NCBI GenBank assembly: GCA_036667055.1
Contig: JAVWUR010000002.1
Coordinates: 1 to 55,528, forward strand
Reading direction: 5' to 3'
DNA: 55,528 nt
From: Oscillospiraceae bacterium
GTDB taxonomy: Bacteria; Bacillota; Clostridia; Oscillospirales; Ruminococcaceae
The position numbers were made by a program, and so were the translations under genes. Positions 8,251 to 18,258 of this stretch are shown here, piece by piece (position 1 is the stretch's first letter; each line of letters begins with the position of its first letter). Below the pieces are notes generated by a model. It had not been told where the DNA came from. It saw only the letters and a list, made by a program, of their open reading frames with translations, and did no database searches.

Positions 8251-9663
8251 GTGAATAGATACAAATTCTTAGCATCAAATACCTTCTTATTTTTAATAAG
8301 CAACTTTAGCAGTAAATTTTTGGTTTTTCTGCTAATGCCCATCTACACGGCGGTGCTCACCACGGAAGAATTTAGCTCGGTAGATTTGATGATGCAGACG
8401 GCAAATCTGCTTATTCCCTTTGCCAGCTTGGGAATTTCCAATAGTATTATTCGGTTTGGCCTTGACGAAAAGTATTCCAAGAAAGCCGTTTTTACCACCG
8501 GTGCTTTAACTTTAGCCGTTGGTTTTTCGGCGCTATTGTGCTGTTTTCCGCTGCTGAATAGGATACCCTCGGTGCAAAAGTACATTTGGTTTTTGTACCT
8601 TTATCTCTTGATGAGCTGCTCTCGCACTCTAGTGCAGCAGTTTGCACGGGCAAAAGCTTACACACGGCTATATGCATTTGATGGAATTTTCGCCACCATA
8701 GCAACCCTTGTTTTGGTTTATCTGTTTCTATTAAAGCTAAAGCTTGGCGCCATAGGATATATTATGGCAATTATCGGGGCGGATTTTTTAAGCGTAATTT
8801 TTTTGAGCATCATGCTGTCGGTATGGCATTATTTTGACCTTAAAAAGCTGGACAAGGGCGTGGTAAGGGAGATGCTGAAATACTGTCTGCCCCTTATTCC
8901 CGCAAGCATTTTTTGGTGGATAACCAATGTGAGTGACAGGTTTTTGGTGGCGTATATGGTAAGCGATGCCGCCAATGGAATTTATGCAATAAGCTATAAA
9001 ATCCCCTCCATTGTAATGCTTTTTTCAACGGTATTTACCGAGGCATGGCAGATTTCCGCCGTGACAGAGAGCGGAGAAAAACATACGGGACGGTTTTTTG
9101 CCACGGTATTTAAAGCCTATCAAAGCGTGGTGTTTATCGCCGGCGCAGGGCTGATTTTACTGTGCCGACCGCTTATAGCGCTGCTTGCAGATGAAAAGTT
9201 TTTTGCGGCGTGGGAGTTTGTACCGGTGCTTATTTTAGCCACCATATTCTCCTGCTTTGCCAGCTTTTTATCCAGTATCTATATGGTGGAAAAGCGGGGC
9301 GGGCTAAACCTTGTAACCATGATGGCAGGCGCCATTGCCAACATAATTTTAAATTTGCTGCTAATACCAAAATTAGCGACTCAAGGGGCGGCAATTGCCA
9401 CTCTATTAAGCTATCTGTTGGTGTTTGTGCTCCGTGCCATCAACACCAAAAAATTTATCAACATCAACATATCCCCCTTTCAATTGGCGCTTAATGTGGC
9501 GCTTATGTGCGCCATGAGCTATGGCACGGTAATGCAGGTAAAGTATAATGTTCTTATCTCCGTGGGCGTCACCGCCGCCATTATTCTGCTTAACCTACCG
9601 CCATTGCTAGGGTTTTTAAAGCAAATATTAAAGTCAGTTTTAAATAAAAAAAGGAAGGCATAA
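8251..9663 (+). CDS. polysaccharide/oligosaccharide flippase (MOP superfamily, Wzx-like)
   Basis: 470 aa with about 12-14 TM segments. N-terminal NTFLFLISNFSSKFLVFLLMPIYT is typical of Wzx/polysaccharide biosynthesis proteins. GTG start. Confidence 0.8.
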   Translation: MNRYKFLASNTFLFLISNFSSKFLVFLLMPIYTAVLTTEEFSSVDLMMQTANLLIPFASLGISNSIIRFGLDEKYSKKAVFTTGALTLAVGFSALLCCFPLLNRIPSVQKYIWFLYLYLLMSCSRTLVQQFARAKAYTRLYAFDGIFATIATLVLVYLFLLKLKLGAIGYIMAIIGADFLSVIFLSIMLSVWHYFDLKKLDKGVVREMLKYCLPLIPASIFWWITNVSDRFLVAYMVSDAANGIYAISYKIPSIVMLFSTVFTEAWQISAVTESGEKHTGRFFATVFKAYQSVVFIAGAGLILLCRPLIALLADEKFFAAWEFVPVLILATIFSCFASFLSSIYMVEKRGGLNLVTMMAGAIANIILNLLLIPKLATQGAAIATLLSYLLVFVLRAINTKKFININISPFQLALNVALMCAMSYGTVMQVKYNVLISVGVTAAIILLNLPPLLGFLKQILKSVLNKKRKA

Positions 9664-9671
9664 CAACCTCT

Positions 9672-10346
9672 ATGAGAATGAGAAGAAAACCATGGGCACG
9701 TCCCGAGCTGGACGCAAGCGATATATACATTAAAAATCCATATGATTATTTTGGGGCGTGGCAGAGCGCCTTTGCCAAAAATCAGCCGCTGCACATAGAG
9801 CTTGGCTGTGGCAAAGGTGGGTTTATCTCCCAAAAGGCGGCACAAAATCCGGATATAAACTTTCTTGCCTTTGACATTAAAAGTGAAGTGCTTGCCACTG
9901 CCAAAAGGAATATTGAGGCAGAATTTTCTAAAATAGGCAGAGCGCCTGAAAATGTCAAATTGACAGCCTTTGACATTGAAAGAATATTACTGGTGATGGG
10001 GGAAAAGGACAAGGCGCAGAGAATATATATTAATTTTTGCAATCCTTGGCCCAAGGGTCGCCACCAAAAGCGCCGACTCACCCACCCAAGACAGCTAGAG
10101 CACTACAAGGAATTTTTAGCACCACAGGGGGAAGTATATTTTAAGACGGACGATGATGGGCTGTTTGAGGACAGCTTGGAATATTTTGCCCAGAGCGGCT
10201 ACTGCATAAATTTTGTCTCCTATGATTTAGCACAAAATCCATTGCCGGAAAATGTTGTGACAGAGCATGAGCGGATGTTTATGGAAGAGGGCAAAAAAAT
10301 CAAAGGGCTAATCGCTGCCTACACAGAAATTCAAAAGGACATTTAA
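9672..10346 (+). CDS. trmB: tRNA (guanine46-N7)-methyltransferase
   Basis: 224 aa. MRMRRKPWA N-terminus, SAM block ELGCGKGGF, and FCNPWPKGRHQKRRL matching the TrmB FPDPWxKxRHxKRR motif. Confidence 0.9.
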   Translation: MRMRRKPWARPELDASDIYIKNPYDYFGAWQSAFAKNQPLHIELGCGKGGFISQKAAQNPDINFLAFDIKSEVLATAKRNIEAEFSKIGRAPENVKLTAFDIERILLVMGEKDKAQRIYINFCNPWPKGRHQKRRLTHPRQLEHYKEFLAPQGEVYFKTDDDGLFEDSLEYFAQSGYCINFVSYDLAQNPLPENVVTEHERMFMEEGKKIKGLIAAYTEIQKDI

Positions 10347-10349
10347 TAT

Positions 10350-11432
10350 ATGAAAAAAACCTTATCCCTTGTAACGGCACTGGCACTGCTCCTGTCCACC
10401 CTTTGTGGGTGCAAGGCACAGCCAAAGTACGAAAAGTTTTCCGATGCTATCTTTGACAGCTTTGACACGGTTATCTCCGTTGTCTCCTATCAAGAAAATC
10501 AGGCACAGTTTGACGAGCTTATGAGCTATACACGGGAGCGTTTTGCCCAGCTCAACCAATTTTTCGACATCTACAATGACTATGATGGTATAAATAATGT
10601 AAAAACCATCAACGATGAGGCAGGCAAGTCTCCGGTCAAGGTTGATGGTGAAATCATACGGCTTATAGAATTTTCACAGCAGTGGTATGAAAAGTCACAG
10701 GGCAAGGTAAATATAGCCTTGGGCAGCGTTTTGCGGATTTGGCATGACACCCGAGAGGCTGCCGAGGGAGGCAACATTGAAATTCCCTCAATGGAGCGGC
10801 TTAAAAGTGCCAATGAGCATACCGACATCAGCAAAATTGTAATTGACCATGAAAATTCCACGGTGTTTTTGCCGGACAGCGAGATGTCCCTTGATGTGGG
10901 AGCGGTGGCAAAGGGCTATGCCACTGAAATTATCTGTGATGAGCTGTCGGCAAAATATGACAACTTTGCCATCTCCGCCGGTGGAAATGTCAAAACTCAT
11001 GGACACCCAAAGGACGGCAGAACCCGTTGGGGGGTAGGCATACAAAACCCCGAGGTTGATGAAAACTATCAGATGGTAGGGGGCAATATCGACCTTGCCT
11101 TTATCGGAACGGACAGAAGCCTTGTGTGCTCCGGTGGCTATCAGCGCTTTTTTGTCCACGAGGGCAGACGGTACCACCATCTTATCGACCCAGACACCCT
11201 TTTTCCCGAGGAATATTACCAAGGTGTCACCGTCATGTGCGAGGATTCGGGGGTAGCAGACGCTCTGTCCACCGCCATATTTATGATGGAAAGTGACAAG
11301 GCAATAGAGTTTATCGAGAACATTGAGGGCGCCGATTGCCTGCTCATTTTAAAAGACGGAACCATCGTAAAGAGCAAAGGCATGGACGGGGTTTTAAAGA
11401 GCCAGGGGATTGAGTCAGATACACCTTGCTAA
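10350..11432 (+). CDS. apbE: FAD:protein FMN transferase (ApbE family) lipoprotein
   Basis: 360 aa. Signal peptide with lipobox LCGC. Blocks SFDTVISV, AVAKGYA, SAGGN and HHLIDPDT are characteristic of ApbE. Confidence 0.85.
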   Translation: MKKTLSLVTALALLLSTLCGCKAQPKYEKFSDAIFDSFDTVISVVSYQENQAQFDELMSYTRERFAQLNQFFDIYNDYDGINNVKTINDEAGKSPVKVDGEIIRLIEFSQQWYEKSQGKVNIALGSVLRIWHDTREAAEGGNIEIPSMERLKSANEHTDISKIVIDHENSTVFLPDSEMSLDVGAVAKGYATEIICDELSAKYDNFAISAGGNVKTHGHPKDGRTRWGVGIQNPEVDENYQMVGGNIDLAFIGTDRSLVCSGGYQRFFVHEGRRYHHLIDPDTLFPEEYYQGVTVMCEDSGVADALSTAIFMMESDKAIEFIENIEGADCLLILKDGTIVKSKGMDGVLKSQGIESDTPC

Positions 11433-11487
11433 ATCCCATAAAATTTGTTACAATAAGCATAATGACATTAATGAAAAGAGGGAAATT

Positions 11488-12105
11488 ATGGATATCCAAA
11501 CTTTAGTAAGCAGTATTATAATCGCTGTGGTGGGCTTAGTTTTAGTCTATATATTTATGGACGAAGAGCACAAACAGTTGATTTTCAAAAAAAAGCCATC
11601 CCCTAGCGATAACCGAGGCGAGGAAAACCTTTTAAAGGTGCTCAAACGCTTTTCCTCTGTAAAAAACTTTGATGTTTTGCCCAAGACCACCATTGAATTT
11701 GATGGGGTGCAGTTTACCTTTGATGCCATTCTCGTGGGCTTTTTTGGGACAATTGCCATTAGCGGCGTAAACCTTTCAGGGGAAATTTACGGAGAGACAA
11801 ACAGCGACCAATGGGCACAGGTGTTAGAGGGTCGACGTGCAGAATTTGCAAACCCTTTAAAGGAACTGAATGGCAGTGTGCGTTTCTTTAAGGAAATGTA
11901 TAAACAGGAAAAAACAAAGTTTGGAAACGTGGACAGCTTGGTTGTGTTCACCTCAAAAAAAGTAGAGCTATACGCCGGCAAAAAATCTCCGGCTATCGCT
12001 GTAGACCAGCTTTACTCAAAGCTGGATGTGGAAAAATATCTCACCGATAATGGCGCTGATATGGAGGCAATGAAGGCTACCATCGCAAAGTACACGGTAA
12101 AATAA
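11488..12105 (+). CDS. membrane-anchored NERD-like domain protein
   Basis: 205 aa from ATG 11488 (AAGAGGGA RBS). N-terminal TM helix. FDAILVGFFGTIAISGVNLSGEIYG...WAQV...FANPLKEL follows the NERD pattern, but the usual EID/EVK acidic/lysine positions are substituted. Confidence 0.55.
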   Translation: MDIQTLVSSIIIAVVGLVLVYIFMDEEHKQLIFKKKPSPSDNRGEENLLKVLKRFSSVKNFDVLPKTTIEFDGVQFTFDAILVGFFGTIAISGVNLSGEIYGETNSDQWAQVLEGRRAEFANPLKELNGSVRFFKEMYKQEKTKFGNVDSLVVFTSKKVELYAGKKSPAIAVDQLYSKLDVEKYLTDNGADMEAMKATIAKYTVK

Positions 12106-12151
12106 TACTTAATTACGGGCAAATTTTATAGCGCACAGTGCATCATAAATA

Positions 12152-12198
12152 CAAAAAAAGTCTTGGATAAAACTTTTGTTTTACTCAAGACTTTTTTA
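12152..12198. terminator. bidirectional intrinsic terminator
   Basis: Extended hairpin AGTCTTG-GA-TAAAAC tttt GTTTTA-CT-CAAGACT (12159-12192), flanked by A7 upstream and T6 downstream. Confidence 0.75.
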
Positions 12199-12259
12199 TT
12201 TTGGCAAAAGGATTTGCCGCTAAAAAGCTCTTGTCAGCGGCGCCGACACCGCACTAATT

Positions 12260-15200
12260 TTATTCTATATACAGCTTTTCAAAGCTGCCCTCGTCCATAG
12301 GCTTGTTAAAATAATACCCTTGGATATCATCACACCCCATGGCTTGCAAAACCTCAAACTGCTCCTTTGTCTCAACGCCCTCCGCCACCACACGGATATT
12401 TAGATTTTTGCAAATCTCTAACAGCCCGCTGATAACTGTCTGGGCACGAAAATTGGAAAAAATGTTGTTCACAAGGCTTTTATCTAATTTTAAGGTGTCC
12501 CATTTTGTAGCGGAAAGTATGGCAAGGTTGGAATATTTTGAGCCGAAATCATCCAGAGATAGTTTAAACCCACAATCGGTTATCTTGGCGCCAATGCCGG
12601 AAATTGCATCCTGTACTAAATCCCCAAAGCTTTCCGTTATCTCAATTTCAAGCAAATTCTTAGGGATGCTGTACTCCGTGGCAATGCTACAGAATTTAGC
12701 GATTATATCCCCGGAAATAATGGTGGAACGAGACAGATTTAAGGACACGCACACAGGTTTTTTCCCACTGTCAATCCAGCGGCGCAGAGCCTTGCAAGCC
12801 TGCTCCATAATAAAAATATCAATGTGCTTTATCATGCCGTTTTCTTCATATTTCGGCACAAATTTTGCAGGAGATATAATGTTGTCCTTTTCGTCAAGAT
12901 ATCTAACCAATGCCTCTGCTCCCGATATTTCTCCGGTTTTGGAGGAAATTTTCGGCTGCAAAAACATTTGATACCTGCCATTTTCAATGTCTTGGAGCAT
13001 ACACTTTAGCTCCTTGGGGTCATAGCGTTTAGTTTTGCTTTTGCTGCTGCGATAGTATTCCTGCTTTTCCCCCACCATCTTTTCATCAGAATATTTAACA
13101 AGAGAGGTAAGCCTGATGTCCACGTCCGACCATGCGTCCCCTATTGAAACGCTAAAGTCTGCCTGTCTGTTGCAAGCGAGCCTAAGCTCCTTTACCTTTT
13201 CTATAAAAGCAGTTTTGCTTATGTTTTCGCACACCACCAAAAACTCGTCACCGGCAAATCGGTAGCAGCTATAGCCGCTAAAAACTTGACTGATTGCCAC
13301 GGCGATGCTTTTTACCGCTAAATCTCCGTAGTCATGCCCCCGCAGGTTGTTGATTTTTTTAAGCCCATTGATGTCTGCGGAGACTACCCCCATGGAAATT
13401 AAACTTTCCTCCTTGATATTTTCAGCATATTCAATGTATCGGTTGCGGTTTAACAGCCCAGTATCGGCATCGTGGTGGCTTAAAAATTTTTGCTTTTCAT
13501 GGAGATATCGCTTTTCCAGCTCGCTTGTCAAAAATTTACAAACCGTGGTAAAAAAGTCTTTATCCATAGCGTTTCTCTTGGAATTTATCACAAACAGATA
13601 CCCAAGGCTTTCCCCGGCGCTCTTTATTATCGCCACAAAAAGTGATGACACCCCTGCGCTTTTAAGGCTTTGATAGTCCATGGGATAGGCAAACTTCAGC
13701 ATCTCTGTATCATTAAATGTCCCTATTGGGTTCTGCATAAGACAGCTATAAATATATGGAAAGTTCTGCGAAAAATCCCACTGCTCCGTGCCCGTTTCCA
13801 CCTTTACTCCAGCAGGCGACCAGTTGTATATGCAGTTAGGAGAACCATCGCTAGGAGCAGACTCTACAAGAAAAGTTTTTGTGGCGGCATAATATTCGCC
13901 TATCGCCCCCAACACCTCCGTCAGCTTTTGTGCTGTGTCTTTCGGGGCTGCCAGCGCTAAAGCACAGCGCAAAGCCGTCTGGGTAGCCTTTTCCTGCGCA
14001 CCATGCTTTGCCAAGGCGAGGCTTTTCATATCGTTTGAATACACTATGCATTTGTTATAGCCGGTTTTCTTTGCCGTGTCCAGAGCTATCGCCGCATAGC
14101 CATAGGTGCTGTCAAAATCTCGGGTAGCGCCGGTGCTAAAAACCACGCCTGCCGACAGTGTAACCAAGGCGTTATATCGAACAAATCGGGCGTTCAGTCT
14201 CACCCCATCACGAATTTCATTTACCGTGTTGATAACATCATCTCGGTCACTGATGTTTTGCACCAACACAAATATTTGGTTGGAGAAAAAACGGCCTAGC
14301 AGCTGGCGAGAAAACTTGTATCGCACAAGGTCAGCTAGCTCTGCCATAACCGCCTGTGCGGACGCTTCATCGTCCAGTGACATTATCTCACCGTATCTGT
14401 CCACATTAAAATTTATCAGCGCAAAGGGCACTCCGTTGTCATTGTCCTCCTTGATTGCATTGTTGATAAGCTCCCTTGCCGTCTCCTGCTCATAGGCTCC
14501 TGTCAACTCATCCACCACAACACGGCTAGAGAGGGAAAGCTCTTGGCGTTTTTTTATGTCGATGTCACGTATTACCACATACGCAAATATATTTCCGCTT
14601 TGGGCATCCTTTAACATAGACACCGACCGTGACACCCATATTAGCCGACCATCTCTGTCCACAAGCCTAAAATTAAGCCAAATTGGCGTTTTACCTTGGG
14701 AAAACAGCTCAAGCAACATCTCTCTTGTGTAGAAGCTATACTTTTTCCTGTCATTGGGGTTGGGTATATTGACAAGCTCCGCCGCTTGAATATCCTCATA
14801 TCTTTCCACGATATTCCCCGTCACCTGAGGTCTTTCCACATACCTAAACTGCTCTACCTCGTTCTGGGTAAGGTTGGTTATGCTGGTGCAGATTATATCC
14901 GTCTCAAGCACCATGCGCATATCCATTTCGTGTTTATATTCTATCTGAGCCTTTTTTTGATTGGTTATATTTTTTGCGGTGCCGATGGCTATATCGGGGT
15001 TTCCGCACTCATCGGTCATTAAGGAATAGCTTATCAGCGACCAAACTAACTCTCCATTTTTGGGGTTGACGGCGCATATTTCCGCAAAAACCTCCTGTTC
15101 TCCCTGTGATAGCTTTTGGTGAAGCTCTAAAAAAGGCTTGACACTATCAGCGTGGATATACCCTCTTGCCACTAAATCATGAGGAAAATTTTCCGTGCTA

Positions 15201-16654
15201 AACTGACCGACATCTACAGAAGATGAGCAAAGAACACGCTGTATTCTTGCGTTTTTTACATCATAAATCCATACGGTCAGGTTGGCTTTTTCCAGTGCAA
15301 GCTTGTATAAATCCTCACGCTTTTGAGAGTCGTTTGGGGTGCGCCTTGCTCGGGCACGCCCGTCCTTTCTCAAGGAGGCATCTGTCGACAATATCTTTTC
15401 GCTGTAAAAAACGTACTTGTTTTTGCCGGTATTTTTGGCATGGTAAAGGGCAATATCCGCCTTTTCCACCAAAGCAGTATAGCTGGTGGCATCTTGGGGA
15501 TAGAGGGATATTCCCACGCTGCCGGTCAAACTTTTTGGCATTTTCACATCGGAAAATATCCTTTCAAACTGGGCAAGAATATTTTTCGACACTCTATGCA
15601 CGGTATCCATGTTCTGTATGTCCGTCAAAAAAACCGCAAATTCATCCCCGCCAATTCTGCCCACAATGTCGGTATCCCGAAATGCATTTTTTATCCCCAC
15701 GGCAACATCATTAAGCAATCCGTCCCCATAAAGGTGACCTAGAGTGTCATTTACCAGCTTGAAATTGTCAAGGTCTATCACCAGCATCGCCGCCATGTGG
15801 GGGTTGGTTTCAATATATTGCTCCACCAAGCTCTCTGTTGCTTTGCGGTTGTAAAGCTCGGTAAGCGGGTCACACATTGCCCGTCTGGACATCTCCAAAA
15901 ACTGAATTTTCTGTCCATTTATATTGGCGATTTTCCCCATTACCTTAGTTAGCTCGCCATTTTCAAAAACCCCTACCGAGCTGGTGGAGCACCAACAATA
16001 TATGCCGCTTTTGCTGCGCAGCCGATATTCAGCATAGGCACTTTTGGCGCCCTTATCATAGGAATGATAGTTGTCAAGAAATATTTGTGCATCATCAGGG
16101 TGAATATTTCCGCCCTCAACCAGTAAATCCTCCGGAAAAACTTTGATGGTGGGGCGATAATTAAACCGTATATCCTGACCGCCCATCTGGTACATTTCTT
16201 TGGTTTTATAGTCCCATTCAAAAATCATATCCTCAGTGTGGTTTAACACAAACAGGTATCGCTGCTGAACCGTCTTTAGCTCCTCCTGCTCCAGCCGCCG
16301 CTGAGTTACATCGCTGAAAATGCAGTAAAGAGACAGCTCTCCATTGGCATTTTTCACCACCTCAGCATTTATCCACATCCATTTCAATTGGTTTTCTTCC
16401 GCACGCACACAAATATCTTCTGAAAAGCTTTGCTCACAGCTAATTCGCTTTTGAATTCCCTCAAAAAGCTTGTCTATGTCCTTGGGCTGGATTATCTCAA
16501 GCAGGCGATTTCCATGAAAGGTCAGAAAATCTTCTCGAGAAATTCCAATAAACTTATAAAATCCATCATTAGCAAACACAACGGTAAGGTATTTGTCCAC
16601 ATGGCACTGAAATACACCGCCTCCTGCAGCTTTTGTAATTTGTTCGATTTTCAC
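12260..16654 (-). CDS. cytoplasmic multidomain c-di-GMP protein: PAS-PAS-GGDEF-PAS-PAS-degenerate GGDEF-GAF-like-GGDEF(AGDEF)-EAL
   Basis: 1464 aa with no TM segment. First cyclase domain is intact (RDTD I-site followed by GRIGGDEF). The second is degenerate (GRFFSNQIF). The third has FAGDEF. The EAL domain has all catalytic blocks (GAEALVR, NLSRS, EITES, LDDFGS, KLDKS, AEGVET, QGYYF). GTG start 21 nt after the MBOAT stop. Confidence 0.85.
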   Translation of the reverse strand: MKIEQITKAAGGGVFQCHVDKYLTVVFANDGFYKFIGISREDFLTFHGNRLLEIIQPKDIDKLFEGIQKRISCEQSFSEDICVRAEENQLKWMWINAEVVKNANGELSLYCIFSDVTQRRLEQEELKTVQQRYLFVLNHTEDMIFEWDYKTKEMYQMGGQDIRFNYRPTIKVFPEDLLVEGGNIHPDDAQIFLDNYHSYDKGAKSAYAEYRLRSKSGIYCWCSTSSVGVFENGELTKVMGKIANINGQKIQFLEMSRRAMCDPLTELYNRKATESLVEQYIETNPHMAAMLVIDLDNFKLVNDTLGHLYGDGLLNDVAVGIKNAFRDTDIVGRIGGDEFAVFLTDIQNMDTVHRVSKNILAQFERIFSDVKMPKSLTGSVGISLYPQDATSYTALVEKADIALYHAKNTGKNKYVFYSEKILSTDASLRKDGRARARRTPNDSQKREDLYKLALEKANLTVWIYDVKNARIQRVLCSSSVDVGQFSTENFPHDLVARGYIHADSVKPFLELHQKLSQGEQEVFAEICAVNPKNGELVWSLISYSLMTDECGNPDIAIGTAKNITNQKKAQIEYKHEMDMRMVLETDIICTSITNLTQNEVEQFRYVERPQVTGNIVERYEDIQAAELVNIPNPNDRKKYSFYTREMLLELFSQGKTPIWLNFRLVDRDGRLIWVSRSVSMLKDAQSGNIFAYVVIRDIDIKKRQELSLSSRVVVDELTGAYEQETARELINNAIKEDNDNGVPFALINFNVDRYGEIMSLDDEASAQAVMAELADLVRYKFSRQLLGRFFSNQIFVLVQNISDRDDVINTVNEIRDGVRLNARFVRYNALVTLSAGVVFSTGATRDFDSTYGYAAIALDTAKKTGYNKCIVYSNDMKSLALAKHGAQEKATQTALRCALALAAPKDTAQKLTEVLGAIGEYYAATKTFLVESAPSDGSPNCIYNWSPAGVKVETGTEQWDFSQNFPYIYSCLMQNPIGTFNDTEMLKFAYPMDYQSLKSAGVSSLFVAIIKSAGESLGYLFVINSKRNAMDKDFFTTVCKFLTSELEKRYLHEKQKFLSHHDADTGLLNRNRYIEYAENIKEESLISMGVVSADINGLKKINNLRGHDYGDLAVKSIAVAISQVFSGYSCYRFAGDEFLVVCENISKTAFIEKVKELRLACNRQADFSVSIGDAWSDVDIRLTSLVKYSDEKMVGEKQEYYRSSKSKTKRYDPKELKCMLQDIENGRYQMFLQPKISSKTGEISGAEALVRYLDEKDNIISPAKFVPKYEENGMIKHIDIFIMEQACKALRRWIDSGKKPVCVSLNLSRSTIISGDIIAKFCSIATEYSIPKNLLEIEITESFGDLVQDAISGIGAKITDCGFKLSLDDFGSKYSNLAILSATKWDTLKLDKSLVNNIFSNFRAQTVISGLLEICKNLNIRVVAEGVETKEQFEVLQAMGCDDIQGYYFNKPMDEGSFEKLYIE

Positions 16655-16675
16655 AGTCGTATCCTTTCAGAGCGG

Positions 16676-18220
16676 TTAAAAATTTGCATATATAAAGCTT
16701 GCGGAGGAACCATAGCCTCCATTTTGCATGATAAAACCCGCCATGATAAAACCTATCAACAGATAGTAGCATAGAATTCGGTAAGGTTGTTTCATAGTTA
16801 AAAATGCCGTGGTCAAGCACTTGCCTTTAAGTTTAAAGTATCTAAAAAAGTCTAGCCCCACAACAATCGCCACCGCCGCAAGGCAGTAGGCAAGGTAAGC
16901 GTAAATCAAAATAGGGGTCTTGTCAAATCCGGCGGCAACACTGCGGTATAGCTGGGCAAAAAAATCTGTAAGGGATAGGCTCGAGAACAGATGGGTAACG
17001 TAATAAAAGGCCTCTCCCACGCTTTCGGCACGGAAAAATATCTGGCTAAAGGTGACAAGGGAGAATACCCATCCAACCTTGCCCCAAAACTTCAAGGGCT
17101 TTGGGTGCTTGTCCGGCTTTTTATAGTACTTGCGCATCAAATCCTCGCCTGTGCGGAAAAGAGCGTGGAGCGCCCCCCATATGACAAAGGTCCACGCACT
17201 GCCATGCCACAGACCGCTAGTTAAAAACACTAACCAAATGGCAAGAATAATGGGCGGCTTTTCAAAGGATTTTCCAAACTTTTTAAGCGGGTTAGTCCAT
17301 ACGAAGGGGGTGAATATATAGTCTTGAAACCAAGAGGAGAGGGAGATGTGCCAGCGTGTCCAAAACTGCGAAAAGGAGGTGGAGAGATAGGGGGTGTTAA
17401 AGTTGTCAATGATGTCAAAGCCCAGTAGCTTTGCAGTGCCACGGGCGATGTTGGAGTAACCGGAAAAATCGCAGTAGAGCTGAATGGAGTAGATGAAAGC
17501 GGTAAATATCAGCATTAAACCGGAGTACTGACGCAAATCTTTATGGACAGCACCTATGAACATTCCCAGCACGTCCCCCACCGCTATCTTTTGGAAAAAT
17601 CCCAGCGCCATTAGCTGCAAGCCCCCAACTACCCCTGAGTAATCAAAGGTATGCTCCTTGTGAAATTGCGGGATAAGCTTGTCGGCACGAGAGATGGGGC
17701 CTGCTAAAATGTGTGGGAAAAAACCGATAAACAGTGCATATACCAGCAAATCCTTTTCCGCTTTTACTTTTTTCAAGTACACGTCACAGACATACCCAAT
17801 GCTTTGAAAGGTGAAAAAGCTTATGCCGGCGACAAACCAAATATTAGCTTTTTTAAAGGTGAGTGACAAGCCAAAAACATTTGCCACAGCGATGATATTC
17901 TCGGCAAAAAAATTAAAATACTTGAAAAAAATCAACATTCCCACATTGATTAAAAGGGCTGCCAAAAGAGCTGCTTTTCTTTTTTTATCCTCACTTTTTT
18001 CAATTGCCAACCCTGCAAAATAGCTCACCAGTGTTGCGGCAATCAGAAAAGGTATGGTTCTTACATCGAACAAACAGGGCAGCGCCGTTGCGTCAAAAGC
18101 CATGTAAAAGCCATAGCTAACCCCCAGTAGATAGATGTTTTTAAATCTTTTTGGGACGGCGTAATATGCCAGCACTGCCACCGGCAAAAAAATCATATAA
18201 TTAACAGTGTTAAAAAACAT
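16676..18220 (-). CDS. MBOAT family membrane O-acyltransferase (AlgI/DltB/PatA-like)
   Basis: 514 aa, polytopic. Conserved MBOAT blocks FWTRWHISLSSWFQDYIF and SGLWHG (catalytic His region). Confidence 0.85.
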   Translation of the reverse strand: MFFNTVNYMIFLPVAVLAYYAVPKRFKNIYLLGVSYGFYMAFDATALPCLFDVRTIPFLIAATLVSYFAGLAIEKSEDKKRKAALLAALLINVGMLIFFKYFNFFAENIIAVANVFGLSLTFKKANIWFVAGISFFTFQSIGYVCDVYLKKVKAEKDLLVYALFIGFFPHILAGPISRADKLIPQFHKEHTFDYSGVVGGLQLMALGFFQKIAVGDVLGMFIGAVHKDLRQYSGLMLIFTAFIYSIQLYCDFSGYSNIARGTAKLLGFDIIDNFNTPYLSTSFSQFWTRWHISLSSWFQDYIFTPFVWTNPLKKFGKSFEKPPIILAIWLVFLTSGLWHGSAWTFVIWGALHALFRTGEDLMRKYYKKPDKHPKPLKFWGKVGWVFSLVTFSQIFFRAESVGEAFYYVTHLFSSLSLTDFFAQLYRSVAAGFDKTPILIYAYLAYCLAAVAIVVGLDFFRYFKLKGKCLTTAFLTMKQPYRILCYYLLIGFIMAGFIMQNGGYGSSASFIYANF

Positions 18221-18258
18221 AAATACCTCGTAATAATAATAATTTGCACAACATTACT

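Noticed and set aside
12339-12971. 210-aa plus-strand ORF
   Set aside because: It is antisense to the well-conserved EAL domain of the 1464-aa protein and has no motif or RBS.
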